A stretch of DNA of 59,429 bases, filler included, from a bacterium (GCA_024275095.1; 3 parts of 3 records of this genome joined end to end with filler, not necessarily neighbours in it), one strand, 5' to 3'. Positions 1-10,568 are shown, counted from the whole stretch's first letter. A program made the numbers and translations. Notes: generated by a model not told the origin, from the sequence alone.

Positions 1-39
1 AAAAAAACTATCCGCTGCGGCCATGTTTGGAACACCTAA

Positions 40-68
40 AATGTCCAATGTTGAGACCAGACCCCGAA
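40..68 (+). repeat. 29-bp dispersed repeat, copy 1 (AATGTCCAATGTTGAGACCAGACCCCGAA), REP-like
   Basis: Exact 29-nt match to 12318-12346 in the same orientation; both copies are intergenic. Confidence 0.9.
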
Positions 69-81
69 GGGTTCGTTGAGC

Positions 82-110
82 TTGCCTTAACGGCGTGTGA
101 GAAGTATGAT
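82..110 (+). promoter_or_regulatory. Putative sigma70 promoter of hisZ
   Basis: TTGCCT (82-87) - 17 bp - TATGAT (105-110), 11 nt before ATG at 122. Confidence 0.5.
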
Positions 111-112
111 GC

Positions 113-1201
113 TTGCTCAAAATGAACTCTATCATCAAAGACATACTTCCCGGACGCTCAGAAGCGTTAAGAGCGCTGGAGAGAAAAATAGTGGAGACAT
201 TTACCCTGTGGGGTTATCAAGAAGTTATACCTCCTCTATTTGAACGGCACGATGACTATTCTCGGGCAGCGGGGCGCACGGAAGGCCTTTACCGCTTTCT
301 TGACCATCGAACAGGTGAGGTAATGGTTTTTCGGTCGGATTTCACCCCTCAGGTGGTTCGAATTCTGGCACAGTGGTACGGGAATGTGAAAGATACCCTC
401 AGGCTTCATTATTCAGGACAGGTTTTACGCCACTCGGGTTCAGAGCTTGCCTTTTATCAAACAGGTTGTGAGATATTTTCCAGAAGTGCTTATCTCGCCA
501 CCTACGAACCTGTGCTGCTGTGCGGAGAAGTAATGAAAGCAGTGGGAGTGTCAGCTGCAACCGTAAGTATAAATAATTCCGAGATACTCTCCACCTTGAT
601 TGGAGACGGAGAGGTACCCATTGAAAACCTCAAAGAAGCACTTGCACGTAAAAACGAACAGGAAGTTAAAGAACTGCTCGGTCACGCTGTGTCTCGAAAA
701 ACGCGGGAGCTCGTGATTGTACTCTGCGAGTTGTACGGTGACGTTTCCGAGGTAAGAAAAAGAGCGCGGCCGCTTCTGGAAAGCAGTGCAGGCGTACACA
801 TGCGCGAGATATTGCGTGTGGCACATTTGCTGAGCACCAGCGGGGTATTTCACAACGTGTTTATTGACCTTGCTGATTTCCGGTATATGGCATATCACTC
901 CGGACTGGTCTTTTCCGTGTATACAGAAGGTGTTCACGCTCCGGTAGCATCAGGCGGGCGTTACGACAGGCTGCTCAGGCGCTGGGGATTGAACTACAAA
1001 GCTGGCGGATTTGGCGTAAACATGTCACTGCTCATGAAGGTGGCAAATGGCCAAACAGGAGAAAATGTAGAGGTGCTCACTTTTCATGGCATAAAAGACC
1101 TTATAACAAAATTGAAACAGGCAGCGAAACTGCGTAAGAAAAAGCGTATCGTTCGCCTGGAGCCTGCGTCATCATTCCGCAAACCCTCCAGGTCGTCCTG
1201 A
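113..1201 (+). CDS. hisZ: ATP phosphoribosyltransferase regulatory subunit (HisRS-like); start may be ATG 122
   Basis: HisRS-like motifs WGYQEVIPPLFE, FRSDFTPQV, FYQTGCE, YHSGLVF, GGRYD; 362 aa with a short C-terminus, as in HisZ. Confidence 0.85.
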   Translation: MLKMNSIIKDILPGRSEALRALERKIVETFTLWGYQEVIPPLFERHDDYSRAAGRTEGLYRFLDHRTGEVMVFRSDFTPQVVRILAQWYGNVKDTLRLHYSGQVLRHSGSELAFYQTGCEIFSRSAYLATYEPVLLCGEVMKAVGVSAATVSINNSEILSTLIGDGEVPIENLKEALARKNEQEVKELLGHAVSRKTRELVIVLCELYGDVSEVRKRARPLLESSAGVHMREILRVAHLLSTSGVFHNVFIDLADFRYMAYHSGLVFSVYTEGVHAPVASGGRYDRLLRRWGLNYKAGGFGVNMSLLMKVANGQTGENVEVLTFHGIKDLITKLKQAAKLRKKKRIVRLEPASSFRKPSRSS

Positions 1202-1208
1202 CAGCACG

Positions 1209-1970
1209 GTGCACAACGAACAACTGATATATACTCTGCTTTTATATCTGTGGTTCGCAGCAGCTGCCGGGGTATTCGTACTTCTGTTCTTCGTAACAGC
1301 ACCCTATGGAAGGCACATGCGAAAAGGTTGGGGACCCGTCATCTCAAACCGTACAGCCTGGCTGGTAATGGAGACCCCGGCTTTATACATCTTTTTATTT
1401 GTATATGTCCTAGGGGAAAACCGCCTTGAACCTGTCCCGCTTGTGCTTGCAGGGCTCTGGACCTTTCATTATTTTTACCGATCCATACTCTATCCTCTTG
1501 CAATGCCCGATGGAGAACGAAAAGTACCGCTATCCATCGTGGCGGGTGCCATCCTGTTCAATCTGATAAATGCATATCTCCAGGCTCGTTACCTGTCACA
1601 TTTTGCAAGCAGCCTTACATTCGAAAGGTTGACTCAACCGTGCTTTATCATCGGCGTTTTGCTGTTCTTTTGTGGCTTTTGTATTCATCGCTACGCGGAT
1701 AAACATCTGCACCAGCTGAAAAAACAAACGAGAAGGTACTCCATCCCTTATAAAGGGTTATTCCGATGGATTACTGCACCAAACTATCTTGGTGAAATCG
1801 TACAGTGGTCAGGCTGGGCTCTTGCAACCTGGAGTCTTCCGGGGCTTGTCTTCGCTGTCTGGACATTTGCAAATCTCTTTCCACGAGCGCTCGCTCATCA
1901 TCGCTGGTACAGAGAAAAATTTCCCGATTATCCCCAACATCGAAAAGCCATCATTCCGTTTATTGTGTAA
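1209..1970 (+). CDS. 3-oxo-5-alpha-steroid 4-dehydrogenase / steroid 5-alpha-reductase family membrane protein
   Basis: APYGRH, AWLVMETPA, HYFYRS, NYLGEIVQWSG, ANLFPRALAHHRWY and RKAIIPF motifs of the SRD5A family; multiple TM helices. Confidence 0.9.
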   Translation: MHNEQLIYTLLLYLWFAAAAGVFVLLFFVTAPYGRHMRKGWGPVISNRTAWLVMETPALYIFLFVYVLGENRLEPVPLVLAGLWTFHYFYRSILYPLAMPDGERKVPLSIVAGAILFNLINAYLQARYLSHFASSLTFERLTQPCFIIGVLLFFCGFCIHRYADKHLHQLKKQTRRYSIPYKGLFRWITAPNYLGEIVQWSGWALATWSLPGLVFAVWTFANLFPRALAHHRWYREKFPDYPQHRKAIIPFIV

Positions 1971-3780
1971 CGCCGGCAATTTCTCCGGTGAGAAAAAAAT
2001 GTGCAGCCTGCATCTGTGCAGCCTTCCAGGGTTCCGGGCTGTCCGGCATGAGCAAAAATCCGTGCGTGGCCCCGGGAAACTGATACAGTCCCCCCTCCAT
2101 GCCACTGACAGGTGGAGAAAGTACCGAAAGAAAGGGCACCTGTTCCTGAACCGGTTCGATCAAATGGACACCGGCTGCGCGGGCCAGGAAATAAGTGGCA
2201 TCTGAAGGCATGAGAATGTCGAGCATGGCCTTTTGAAGGAGCAGACCTGCAGGCTTGAGAGACCGGCTGTGAAGAATCTCTCCTGCATATGCAGCAGGAT
2301 CCACAGGGTCCATAAGCATCTGGACAAAGTTGATAATCAGGTACTTTTCATTCACATCATACGCGTTGAGATAGGCAGGGAAAAAAGGCGCAAGGTACAC
2401 AAAGTATTCAAACAGCCGCGAAATGCTCCCGCCCGCCACATTGAGTACCGCACTTTCCAGAGGACGCACAGTCCCGGAAAATACTGCCCCGGCCATGCCA
2501 CCCAGGGATTGGCCTATGTAGTAAATGCGTGACGAATCTACATCAGCGATGCCATCAAAGTCGAGGTCTCCGTTGTTTTTAGTGATTAAAGCGTGCAGGT
2601 GCATCTGGTCCACCACCGTCTGTATCATGTGGTCGCGAAGCGCAAGGATGTCCACCGTACCCTCGATACTATTAATGGCTGCGTAATCGAGGTGAACCTC
2701 TCCAACTCGCCTCTCACCATGGAAAACGTGGTCTATACCAACAGTGGCAAGTCCTGACACGGCAAATGTGTACGCGAGTTCACGAAACATCGCTTCTTTG
2801 CTGTCACTGAACCCGTGCTGAAAGATTACAACCGGCGGCAAGTCATCCGAAGGTGGAACTACAGCAACAAATGGCACCGAAAGCGGTCTCTCATAGGGCC
2901 TGGCATGTGAAGAGTCAGTGAACCGAATGTGTGCTGTGGGTACAAACGGATAGGCGTAATCGGTGGAAAGAAAATATCCGTGAATGATTTTTCCACCGCT
3001 AATTTCATCCCGACACCACTGGTGGGGAAGCCTTGGACCTGTACAATGTATCACGTAGTCCGTAAAGGCCTGTGGTGCAGAAGTAAGGCGTTGTGCTTCA
3101 TTCCACAAAAACCCTGTAATTTCTTCACGGGGCCTGACGGTAAAGCTGGTGGCCACCGCGACTTTTCCGTGTATGATACCCCGACTTTCAGCCTCGCCGA
3201 CCAGCACCGTAACATTACTGTCATTTTTATACTCAGGACTCTGACACAACTGTCCTTCTTCCTGAAGCAATCCGGCAATGTAAGTGACCGAAGATTCAAG
3301 GGGCACCAGCGGTCGCAACAGCACGGTAATTCCTGAGCGTGCAGGCATACCCAGCACATTTTTTCTGAACACCCGGACTTCTACGGGAACTCTTTCCCAG
3401 GAAACGCTCTCGATGAGAAAAACAGGGCTGTCCGCAAAAAGAGTCTCTTCGGGTGACAGTGCTTCTATGAATGAAAGGTCAACGGCGCCGTTTTCCAGTA
3501 AAAACACCGGCAGCACCATGGGACTGAAACCTGCTGCACGAACAGTAAACGGCTGTGGATACAGGGCACCTGCATTAACTGGAAGAGTCAACACCTGCGT
3601 GTTTTGCAGAAGTGAATCTGACGGAAAAGGAACCATGGAAGGTGCCTCTGGCCCGTAAACCGGGTGCAGACCCCTGCACGGTGTTTTACCGCAGGCGCTG
3701 GCGAGCAGAAGCACGCCTGCTGCAACTGTCACCAACAATGCACCCCTGAACGTCGTATTCAAAACTTTCCTCCACAACAA
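1960..3780 (-). CDS. Lipoprotein alpha/beta-hydrolase (lipase/esterase-like) with N-terminal Ig-like region; true start probably downstream of 3780
   Basis: Lipobox-like LLLASAC; PFPSD; VIFQHG; IDHVFHGER; nucleophile elbow GQSLGG; C-terminal THGFL His. Confidence 0.75.
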   Translation of the reverse strand: MLWRKVLNTTFRGALLVTVAAGVLLLASACGKTPCRGLHPVYGPEAPSMVPFPSDSLLQNTQVLTLPVNAGALYPQPFTVRAAGFSPMVLPVFLLENGAVDLSFIEALSPEETLFADSPVFLIESVSWERVPVEVRVFRKNVLGMPARSGITVLLRPLVPLESSVTYIAGLLQEEGQLCQSPEYKNDSNVTVLVGEAESRGIIHGKVAVATSFTVRPREEITGFLWNEAQRLTSAPQAFTDYVIHCTGPRLPHQWCRDEISGGKIIHGYFLSTDYAYPFVPTAHIRFTDSSHARPYERPLSVPFVAVVPPSDDLPPVVIFQHGFSDSKEAMFRELAYTFAVSGLATVGIDHVFHGERRVGEVHLDYAAINSIEGTVDILALRDHMIQTVVDQMHLHALITKNNGDLDFDGIADVDSSRIYYIGQSLGGMAGAVFSGTVRPLESAVLNVAGGSISRLFEYFVYLAPFFPAYLNAYDVNEKYLIINFVQMLMDPVDPAAYAGEILHSRSLKPAGLLLQKAMLDILMPSDATYFLARAAGVHLIEPVQEQVPFLSVLSPPVSGMEGGLYQFPGATHGFLLMPDSPEPWKAAQMQAAHFFLTGEIAGVTQ

Positions 3781-5050
3781 TTTTTACCATCTTACCTGGT
3801 GTCACGTCCCCTTTTACAAAAGTTCGTCCATCCACCTCAGGCGCCTGAAACCACACTCTTCCCTCGGAACTATCGCCCCGATCCTCTTCTGAAAGAAAAG
3901 AGAGAGTCGACCCTTTGAATGACGCAAGTATCCGGGAGGTAATGGACCTCTGAACCTCAAGTACTGCTTGCATGCGTGCTTCTTTTTCTTCCCTTGGAAT
4001 GGAATCCGACAGGCTGTATGCAGGAGAACCGGGTTCACGCGAGTAAAGAAACACTCCGAGATAGAGAAAACGTACTTCTTCTATAAAAGAGAGAAGATTC
4101 TTCAATGCCCGGGCATCCTCACCGGGAAAACCCACTATCACCGATGTTCGAAATACTGCTCCCGGAACTCTCGTCCTTATGTGTTCAAACAGTTTAATGA
4201 GCTCCTCCCGTGAAAGCCCTCTCTTCATCGCCCGCAGTATCCTGTCATCACCGTGCTGTACGGGAATGTCAAAATAGGGGAGCACCTTTCGAGAAGAAGA
4301 TATAAATTCCAGCAGCGCGTCGGAAAACGGTCGGGGGTAAAGATAAAGGAGGCGTATCCACTCGATACCCTTTACTTCTTCAAGTGCCTGGAGCAGGTGC
4401 AACAGCGCCTGAGCTTCACCCCTGTCTCTTCCGTAAGCGTTGGTATCCTGGCTGACGAGATTAATCTCTTTCACCCCCATTTCTGCAAGGACCTCGACCT
4501 CCTCCACAATACTTTCTATGGAACGGGAGCGCTGTAAGCCTTTAATGACGGGTATATTGCAGAATGTACATTCATTGGAACAACCATCAGCAATTTTTAC
4601 AAATGCCCAGCCGGATGTGGAAACCGCTCTCATGCCGGCTTTTTCATAAATAAAAGCAGGCTGTTTTGAGACCCGGAAACCCTTTTCCAGGTGTCCCGTT
4701 TGTCGGTATTTTTTAAGGATTTCTGGAAGAGCGAACATTTCATCTACACCCAGTACCAGATCAGCACCGGTAATGTTTTCCCTGCCGCATATTGCAAGTT
4801 TTTGTGGGTAACAGCCGCCAACTATGATTTTTACACCCGGCCTGGCTGATGCAGCCCTGCGAACAAACTGGATGAACTCTTCGGACTCGATCTCTGCATC
4901 GCGCAAAAAACCGCAGGTGTTGATGAATATTACATCTGCTTCTTCCGGTGCAGGCGTAAATTCAAAACCCTCGTCACTTAAAAGTCCTGCAAGGTATTCT
5001 CCATCTGCAACATTCTTTGCACAGCCCAGGTTAATAAGGCAGACTTTCAC
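3686..5050 (-). CDS. rimO: Ribosomal protein S12 methylthiotransferase
   Basis: LGCAKN, INTCGF, KIADGCSNECTFC radical SAM motif, WIRLLYLYP, QAPEVDG, C-terminal TRAM domain. Confidence 0.95.
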   Translation of the reverse strand: MKVCLINLGCAKNVADGEYLAGLLSDEGFEFTPAPEEADVIFINTCGFLRDAEIESEEFIQFVRRAASARPGVKIIVGGCYPQKLAICGRENITGADLVLGVDEMFALPEILKKYRQTGHLEKGFRVSKQPAFIYEKAGMRAVSTSGWAFVKIADGCSNECTFCNIPVIKGLQRSRSIESIVEEVEVLAEMGVKEINLVSQDTNAYGRDRGEAQALLHLLQALEEVKGIEWIRLLYLYPRPFSDALLEFISSSRKVLPYFDIPVQHGDDRILRAMKRGLSREELIKLFEHIRTRVPGAVFRTSVIVGFPGEDARALKNLLSFIEEVRFLYLGVFLYSREPGSPAYSLSDSIPREEKEARMQAVLEVQRSITSRILASFKGSTLSFLSEEDRGDSSEGRVWFQAPEVDGRTFVKGDVTPGKMVKIVVEESFEYDVQGCIVGDSCSRRASARQRLR

Positions 5051-5053
5051 CGC

Positions 5054-5716
5054 TCAGCGGTTAAGAACCTCGGAAGGCCGGATGATTTCCACTCCCTGAG
5101 GCGGAGTAAACGTGAATAGCTCATCTGGAAGGCCGATGTTGATCTTAATATCTGACAGCACTATGTGGGTCACGTTATCGAAATGGTCTACAACAAAGGT
5201 ATCCGTGATGATGTAGGAATTTTCATCTACCGCTATGTATATTTCCTTAACCTGTTTAATGGGTTCTTTGGGAATAAGCTGAAGAGTAATTCCATGGGCT
5301 TTGTCCTGAAATCGGTTTGTCTTTTTTATGTCGAAATACTTTCTCAAACGCGAGGCCCCGGACAGAAGTGACACGGGAGTTTTAGAACTGAATGCCCGCC
5401 TTGCATCCTCAACAAGTACCTGCCTGTCCGTCGGCATGTAAAACCAAACCTTTTTCGAATTGATGACAATTACCTGGCTTTTCGGTGGATCATATTCCCA
5501 GCGCATACGCCCGGGTTTTTTGAAAAAGACCACCCCCGTATCGGTCTGGCTCTTTCCCAGTGCAGTATACTCCACGGTTTGTGTGAATCTGGCTCTGTAG
5601 TCCCTTATGGTCCGGTAAACCTTCTCCACGTTCTTCACCAGCCTGCCTGCATCAGCGGTTGCCGATACTGAAAAGGTCATGGTCAGCAAAACAGTTAATG
5701 TCAATGTCTTTTTCAT
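5054..5716 (-). CDS. lolA: Outer-membrane lipoprotein carrier protein
   Basis: Signal peptide; ARFTQ, KKPGRMRWEY, LFTFTPPQGV; canonical ftsK-lolA order. Confidence 0.9.
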   Translation of the reverse strand: MKKTLTLTVLLTMTFSVSATADAGRLVKNVEKVYRTIRDYRARFTQTVEYTALGKSQTDTGVVFFKKPGRMRWEYDPPKSQVIVINSKKVWFYMPTDRQVLVEDARRAFSSKTPVSLLSGASRLRKYFDIKKTNRFQDKAHGITLQLIPKEPIKQVKEIYIAVDENSYIITDTFVVDHFDNVTHIVLSDIKINIGLPDELFTFTPPQGVEIIRPSEVLNR

Positions 5717-5736
5717 CGTTCCAACCTCCTGGTCTT

Positions 5737-7872
5737 CTAATCTCCTACGTATCTCCAGGGTTTACCCTGACCCTCTCCCCTGACGATAGCACCCCTTTTG
5801 GCCATCAACTCAATAATGCGCGCGGCACGGTTGAACCCGATTTTAAATTTCCTCTGCAGGTACGAAATAGAAATTTCGCCCTCACTGCGAGCCAGTTCCA
5901 CTGCCCTGGGGTACAGTTCGTCCTCTTCCTCGTCTTGAGCCCCGTCCGGGTCTCCTGCTGGAGCATTTACAATTTCTTCTATGTAGCTGGGACGCGACTG
6001 CTGTTTCAAAAACCTGCACACTCCTGAAACCTCCTCGTCTGACACATAAGCACCGTGGACGCGAATTGGACGGGAACTGCCCGGAGGTAAAAACAGCATG
6101 TCTCCATATCCAAGAAGTGACTCAGCCCCCATGGTATCCATAATTGTGCGGGAGTCATTTTTGGATGCAACGCGTAGGGCGATCCGCGCAGGAAAGTTCG
6201 CCTTGATAACGCCGGTAATTATGTCCACCGACGGCCTCTGGGTGGCCACCACCAAATGTATACCCGCCGCCCTGGCCATCTGTGAAAGGCGCATGATGGA
6301 CTCTTCTACCTGGCGCGACGCAACAACCATGAGGTCTGCCAGTTCATCAATAAAAATGACGATGTGGGGCAGTTTTTCCTCCGGTCGTTTTTGCTTCTCC
6401 ATCAGCCTGTTAAACCGCCTGATATCCCTTGCGTTTGCCTCCTTGAGAAGCGCATAGCGGTGTTCCATCTCCCTCACCGCCCACCTGAGGGCGTTGGCAG
6501 CTTCCTTTGCTTGGAAAATGACCTCGTGCAAAAGATGCGGAATATCGTTGTATTCGTTGAACTCGAGCATTTTGGGATCAATAAGCAACAGGCGTACATC
6601 TTCCGGTGTGGATTTAAAAAGGATGCTTAAAAGCATGCAATGCATGGTCACGGACTTGCCCGATCCTGTGGCACCCGCAACAAGAAGATGGGGCATTCGA
6701 GCGAGGTCAGTAACAAAAGGGTTACCAACGGTGTCCTTTCCCAGTGCCAGGGTCAGCGGAGAGGGAGAGTCGCGGAAATCACTGCTGTCTATAATTTCGC
6801 GAATGTAAACGTTTTGCCTGTCAGGATTTGCCACCTCAATCCCTATAGCGGATTTACCGGGAATGTGGCCGATGATGCGAACGGCCTGGGCACTCAACCC
6901 CATGGCAATATCCTGGGCTAGTCCGGCAATGCGATTGATTTTTATCCCCGGCGCAGGCTCGAATTCGTATACGGTGATGACAGGTCCTGGATTGATGTCC
7001 CTGATTTCTCCCTCGATACCGAAATCTTTCAGCTTCTTCAAAAGTTTTTTGGCCTGTTCTTCCACATTGCGTTTGTCCCTGTAAAGGAACGGTCTCGAGG
7101 GCTTCTTCAAAAGATTTACATCGGGTAGCACAAAACGTCCACGAAAACGTGTTTTATCAAACAAAGCCCCAGCTTCGGGAGTTTTTTTACGCGGGCTTTT
7201 TTTCTCCTGTTCCTGTTGCAGGAGCGCGGGCTCTTTCTTAATAATCTCCAGAATGGTTTCGGTCTCCCGCAAGGTTTCCTGGATGTACGCTCGTCTTTCC
7301 CTTCTGGATTTTAAAACATCAATGTAGTCGGCAATGCCCGTATAAATCCCTCGCACCAGGCGACGTACCACCGACGGAAATTCAAGGGGACCGGAACCAA
7401 CCGCCCTGGTGAAAGAAACGTACGCCAGCGGCAAAAACAAAACAAACATCCCAACAACTCCGATAAAGGGCGAAAACAGTGAAAACACATGAGCTCCAAC
7501 AACTCCACCGGCACTTACTCCTTTATAAGCAGTGAGTGAAGAAACAAGCACCAGTAACAACACCGAAGCAAAAAGTCTTACAGCACCTTCACGCAGTGAC
7601 CTTGAAAGAATAAAAAAAAGTGTTGCAAAGGGAATCGTAAAGATCGCGGCCGGGCCAAATGCGAGGACAAGGTACCCGGCAACGATGGCTCCCATGCGTC
7701 CCCCCCAGTTCGTTACATGCCGGGAAGACGCTGAAAATGCTCCGGGGTCTGCAGGATTGTAAGAAAAAAGTGACAGGCAGAGATAAAGCAGTAAGCCGGC
7801 CAGCAGGAAAAAGGCCACTTCTTCTTTCAGGCGAGGATTTGTATAAACTGTCTTTTTTTTCAAACGTGCCAC
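5737..7872 (-). CDS. ftsK: DNA translocase FtsK (start set at GTG 7872)
   Basis: N-terminal 4TM (NWGGRMGA), PHLLVAGATGSGKS Walker A, IDELADLM, TQRPSVD, gamma domain (SYLQRKFKIGFNRAARI). Confidence 0.97.
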   Translation of the reverse strand: MARLKKKTVYTNPRLKEEVAFFLLAGLLLYLCLSLFSYNPADPGAFSASSRHVTNWGGRMGAIVAGYLVLAFGPAAIFTIPFATLFFILSRSLREGAVRLFASVLLLVLVSSLTAYKGVSAGGVVGAHVFSLFSPFIGVVGMFVLFLPLAYVSFTRAVGSGPLEFPSVVRRLVRGIYTGIADYIDVLKSRRERRAYIQETLRETETILEIIKKEPALLQQEQEKKSPRKKTPEAGALFDKTRFRGRFVLPDVNLLKKPSRPFLYRDKRNVEEQAKKLLKKLKDFGIEGEIRDINPGPVITVYEFEPAPGIKINRIAGLAQDIAMGLSAQAVRIIGHIPGKSAIGIEVANPDRQNVYIREIIDSSDFRDSPSPLTLALGKDTVGNPFVTDLARMPHLLVAGATGSGKSVTMHCMLLSILFKSTPEDVRLLLIDPKMLEFNEYNDIPHLLHEVIFQAKEAANALRWAVREMEHRYALLKEANARDIRRFNRLMEKQKRPEEKLPHIVIFIDELADLMVVASRQVEESIMRLSQMARAAGIHLVVATQRPSVDIITGVIKANFPARIALRVASKNDSRTIMDTMGAESLLGYGDMLFLPPGSSRPIRVHGAYVSDEEVSGVCRFLKQQSRPSYIEEIVNAPAGDPDGAQDEEEDELYPRAVELARSEGEISISYLQRKFKIGFNRAARIIELMAKRGAIVRGEGQGKPWRYVGD

Positions 7873-8609
7873 AGAATCAGTCCTGCAAGAAAAAGTAAAT
7901 ATATTGAAAAATACCACATTTTCCTCTGAACCGTTAAGCGTTGCAGCAGAAGAAGAGAAAGGAAACCCCCAACCATGGCGACAAAAAACCCGGTAACCAC
8001 CGGCCCTGAGATAAAAGGCTGTGAAGGAGCTTTAATCTCCAGGATGGTCGCACCCACCACTGCCGGAATGAAAATGTAAAATGAAAATCTGAACGCTTCC
8101 TCAGGTTTCACACCTCCCAGCAATGCCGCAGCAATGGTCAATCCCGAGCGTGACAATCCAGGCATTACTGCAAAGCCCTGAACAAAGCCCACAATAGCTG
8201 CTTTAAAGGGCGTGATCCTGTTTTCTCCACCGACTCGCAGGGTACTCAAAAGCACCAGGCCGGTAACGGCAAAACATGCAGCCACTGTTTTCATATCTCC
8301 CAGAGCGAACTCTGCCAGACCTTTCAATGGAAAAGCAACGACCCCTGTACATAATGTGGCGATAGACACATTAAGTGCCGTTGTTTTGAAATTGAACTTC
8401 ACATCGTTGAGTATGGAACCCCTAAAATAAAACAGCACAGCCAGCAGTGTTGCCGCATGAAGCGCAATTTCCGCCGTCATGGTGATGCTCAGGCCGCCTG
8501 TCAAAAAAAAGTTAGCCACAGCCAGATGTCCGGAGCTGCTAACAGGGAGAAATTCGGTGATACCCTGTAAAAGCCCGAGGACAATATTAAGCAGCCACGG
8601 ATTGTCCAT
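7860..8609 (-). CDS. uppP: Undecaprenyl-diphosphate phosphatase
   Basis: QGITEFLPVSSSGH and PGLSRSG motifs. Confidence 0.95.
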   Translation of the reverse strand: MDNPWLLNIVLGLLQGITEFLPVSSSGHLAVANFFLTGGLSITMTAEIALHAATLLAVLFYFRGSILNDVKFNFKTTALNVSIATLCTGVVAFPLKGLAEFALGDMKTVAACFAVTGLVLLSTLRVGGENRITPFKAAIVGFVQGFAVMPGLSRSGLTIAAALLGGVKPEEAFRFSFYIFIPAVVGATILEIKAPSQPFISGPVVTGFFVAMVGGFLSLLLLQRLTVQRKMWYFSIYLLFLAGLILWHV

Positions 8610-9315
8610 ATGAGTTTTCCAGTTCTTCGATGCCCTGCCGTATAATGCTGTGAACCTTCTCTATAAGTGCATCTCGTTCCTCTTCATTGTACGCGGAAGT
8701 ATCTACCTGAGGATGAAACTTGATGTAAATGGTACCGGCACGGATTTTCCAGGTGGTCTTGGGGAGGATGTTAAAAGAATTGTATATAGAAACGGGGACA
8801 ATCGGTACTCCCGCCTTCAATGCCAGCATAAATCCTCCTTTCTTAAAAGGCTGAATTTTTCCGTCAGGGCTTCTTGTCCCTTCGGGAAAATATGCCACAG
8901 ATGTCCCCTTCCTGATTTTTTCAGCTGCTTTATCCAGCGAAATAATGGCCTTTTCACGATTGCTCCGATCAATAATCACGTGACCCATCAGCACCATTGC
9001 CCACCCAAAAACAGGCACACTTGCCAGTTCCTTTTTCGCCACGAATCTGACATTCCAGGGTAGAAGGTACAAAAGAGCCGCCACGTCAAAATGGCTTGCG
9101 TGATTGGTCATGTAAATTACAGGCCCCCGGGTGATATTCTCCTTTCCCTCAACAACAAGTTTTACACCCGAGGTCTTCAATATTAACCAGGCCCATATTT
9201 TAGAACATCCCACAGGAATGGTATGGGTGGGATCGAGAAACGAAAAAATGATTGCTATGGGGCCAAGAATCAATGTGTACACAGCAATAAAAAAGAGCTT
9301 TACAGCCGGTACCAT
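8587..9315 (-). CDS. plsC: 1-acyl-sn-glycerol-3-phosphate acyltransferase
   Basis: NHASHFD, FVAKKEL, FPEGTRS, PFKKG. Confidence 0.9.
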   Translation of the reverse strand: MVPAVKLFFIAVYTLILGPIAIIFSFLDPTHTIPVGCSKIWAWLILKTSGVKLVVEGKENITRGPVIYMTNHASHFDVAALLYLLPWNVRFVAKKELASVPVFGWAMVLMGHVIIDRSNREKAIISLDKAAEKIRKGTSVAYFPEGTRSPDGKIQPFKKGGFMLALKAGVPIVPVSIYNSFNILPKTTWKIRAGTIYIKFHPQVDTSAYNEEERDALIEKVHSIIRQGIEELENSYGQSVAA

Positions 9316-9376
9316 ACTTCAGCCTCCTGTGTGTTTAAACAAATATTATCTCATACTGAAACTGCAAATGCCGCCC

Positions 9377-10549
9377 CTACCCTGCCATCCTGAGTATTTC
9401 CCGGGCGATGATATTCTTGTGAATTTCCGTGGTGCCTTCCACAATACGCAAAGCACGCAAATCCCGCAGAAACCGCTCAATGGGAAAATCCTTCATGTAG
9501 CCCATTCCACCGTGAATTTGAAGTGCTATATCTGCTATGCGCCAGGCCCACTCGGTAGCCATGAACTTTACAATGCTCGCCTCTTTGTTGATGCGGGGCC
9601 GCTTTTCGTGCAGGAGCGCTGTGGAGTATACCGCCCACTGCATGTGGTAAATAAGTGCCGCGACCTCCGCCAGCATCCACTGTATACCCTGGAACTGGCA
9701 TATCGGCTGACCAAACTGTACACGCTCTGTGGAATAACGAACGGCCTCTTCAAAAAGCCGTTTCGACGTTCCCAGCGCCCGGGCCGCCATTCCCAGTCGT
9801 CCATCATTCAGTACCTTCTGGGCGGTTTTAAAACCCTTTCCTTCTTCCCCTATAAGATTCTCTTCAGGTACCTCTGCATCCTCAAACACGATCTCCGCCT
9901 GACCGACAACGTCTGAACCCATGGACTCGTGTCGCCTTGCCACCCGCACACCGGGAAAGTTTTTCTCCACAATAAATGCACTGATACCTCTGGCTCCTTT
10001 TGAGGGGTCTGTCACAGCCATAACGATGAAAATATCCGCGATGTCACCACGGGTAATGAAGTGTTTGGTTCCATTAAGAATGTATTTCGAACCTTCCTTA
10101 ACAGCCCGCGTTTTGATGGATGCTGCGTCAGAGCCTGCATTGGGTTCCGTGAGAGCAAATGATGCAAGCCACTCACCACTGGCGAGCCTGGGCAGGTATT
10201 TCTTCTTTTGCTCTTCCGTACCATCATAGAGAATTCCCAGTGAACCTATTCCATTATTGGCGCTGATAATTGCGTTAAAACACTCGTGCGTGCGTGCAAG
10301 CTCTTCCTGCACCAGCACGTAACCGGTGAAGCCTGCTCCGATACCACCATATTCCTGAGGTATGGTGATTCCAAAATACCCCAGCTCTTTAAACGTGTTC
10401 AAAAGGTCTTCCGGGATTTTCCCTGTTTCGTCTATTTCCCTTTCCCTAGGTATCAGCTTCTCGTTCACAAGCTTGCGTGTGGAATCACGCAACAACTTTA
10501 GCTCTTCTGGCATCTCGAAAATCTCAAAGACATCCGGAAAAAACTCCAT
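9377..10549 (-). CDS. Acyl-CoA dehydrogenase
   Basis: FALTEPNAGSD, LNGTKHFIT, RVQFGQPI, QIHGGMGY, IVEGTTEI. Confidence 0.95.
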   Translation of the reverse strand: MEFFPDVFEIFEMPEELKLLRDSTRKLVNEKLIPREREIDETGKIPEDLLNTFKELGYFGITIPQEYGGIGAGFTGYVLVQEELARTHECFNAIISANNGIGSLGILYDGTEEQKKKYLPRLASGEWLASFALTEPNAGSDAASIKTRAVKEGSKYILNGTKHFITRGDIADIFIVMAVTDPSKGARGISAFIVEKNFPGVRVARRHESMGSDVVGQAEIVFEDAEVPEENLIGEEGKGFKTAQKVLNDGRLGMAARALGTSKRLFEEAVRYSTERVQFGQPICQFQGIQWMLAEVAALIYHMQWAVYSTALLHEKRPRINKEASIVKFMATEWAWRIADIALQIHGGMGYMKDFPIERFLRDLRALRIVEGTTEIHKNIIAREILRMAG

Positions 10550-10568
10550 CGAGCACCCCCTTTAAAAA

